A stretch of DNA of 64,000 bases, taken from contig OZ116698.1 in the NCBI GenBank assembly GCA_964199315.1, forward strand, positions 28,210,001-28,274,000, read 5' to 3'. Each line of letters opens with the position of its first letter. The first letter of the stretch is position 1. The position numbers and the translations under genes are program-made. The stretch is from Orbicella franksi (taxonomy: Eukaryota). Positions 63,932 to 64,000 of this stretch are shown here, one piece after another. The notes under the pieces are model-generated. The model was not told the DNA's origin and did no database searches. It saw only the letters and a program-made list of their open reading frames with translations.

Positions 63932-64000
63932 GTGAGTGATTTACAAACTGAAATGAGACTGATCTTAGATGCACCACAAATTTCCTTCCGAAAGTTTCAA

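Overview
AT-rich, intron- and repeat-dense eukaryotic DNA. The repeat families and gene structure suggest a cnidarian, probably a stony coral; this is an inference and the species cannot be determined here. I can support three host genes. (1) An intronless 388-aa ATP-grasp ligase of unknown substrate at 3678-4844 (+). (2) A 3-exon HINT1 gene at 17885-29755 (-), with an 11.1-kb second intron full of transposon remnants. (3) Head-to-head with HINT1, a very large ankyrin-repeat/WGR-domain PARP-family gene (C. elegans PME-5-like architecture) at 30338-63931+ (+). For gene 3 I hand-assembled 42 phase-consistent coding exons (6549 nt, 2183 codons); it runs off the window at the start of the predicted PARP regulatory domain, so the catalytic domain is not visible. 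The rest is non-autonomous DNA transposons (Harbinger-, hAT-, Kolobok-, CACTA- and Tc1/mariner-like, several with readable TIRs and TSDs), Penelope, L1/Tx1, CR1/L2 and RTE fragments, tRNA-derived SINEs and microsatellites. The most interesting points are the orphan ATP-grasp gene, a BAH-like module at the PARP N-terminus, the compact HINT1/PARP bidirectional promoter, an in-frame alternative donor that would toggle a poly-Asp tract, a duplicated splice acceptor that could act as a poison exon, a GC-AG intron and a fully reconstructable nested transposon insertion. All exon models were derived by eye and no database searches were run.
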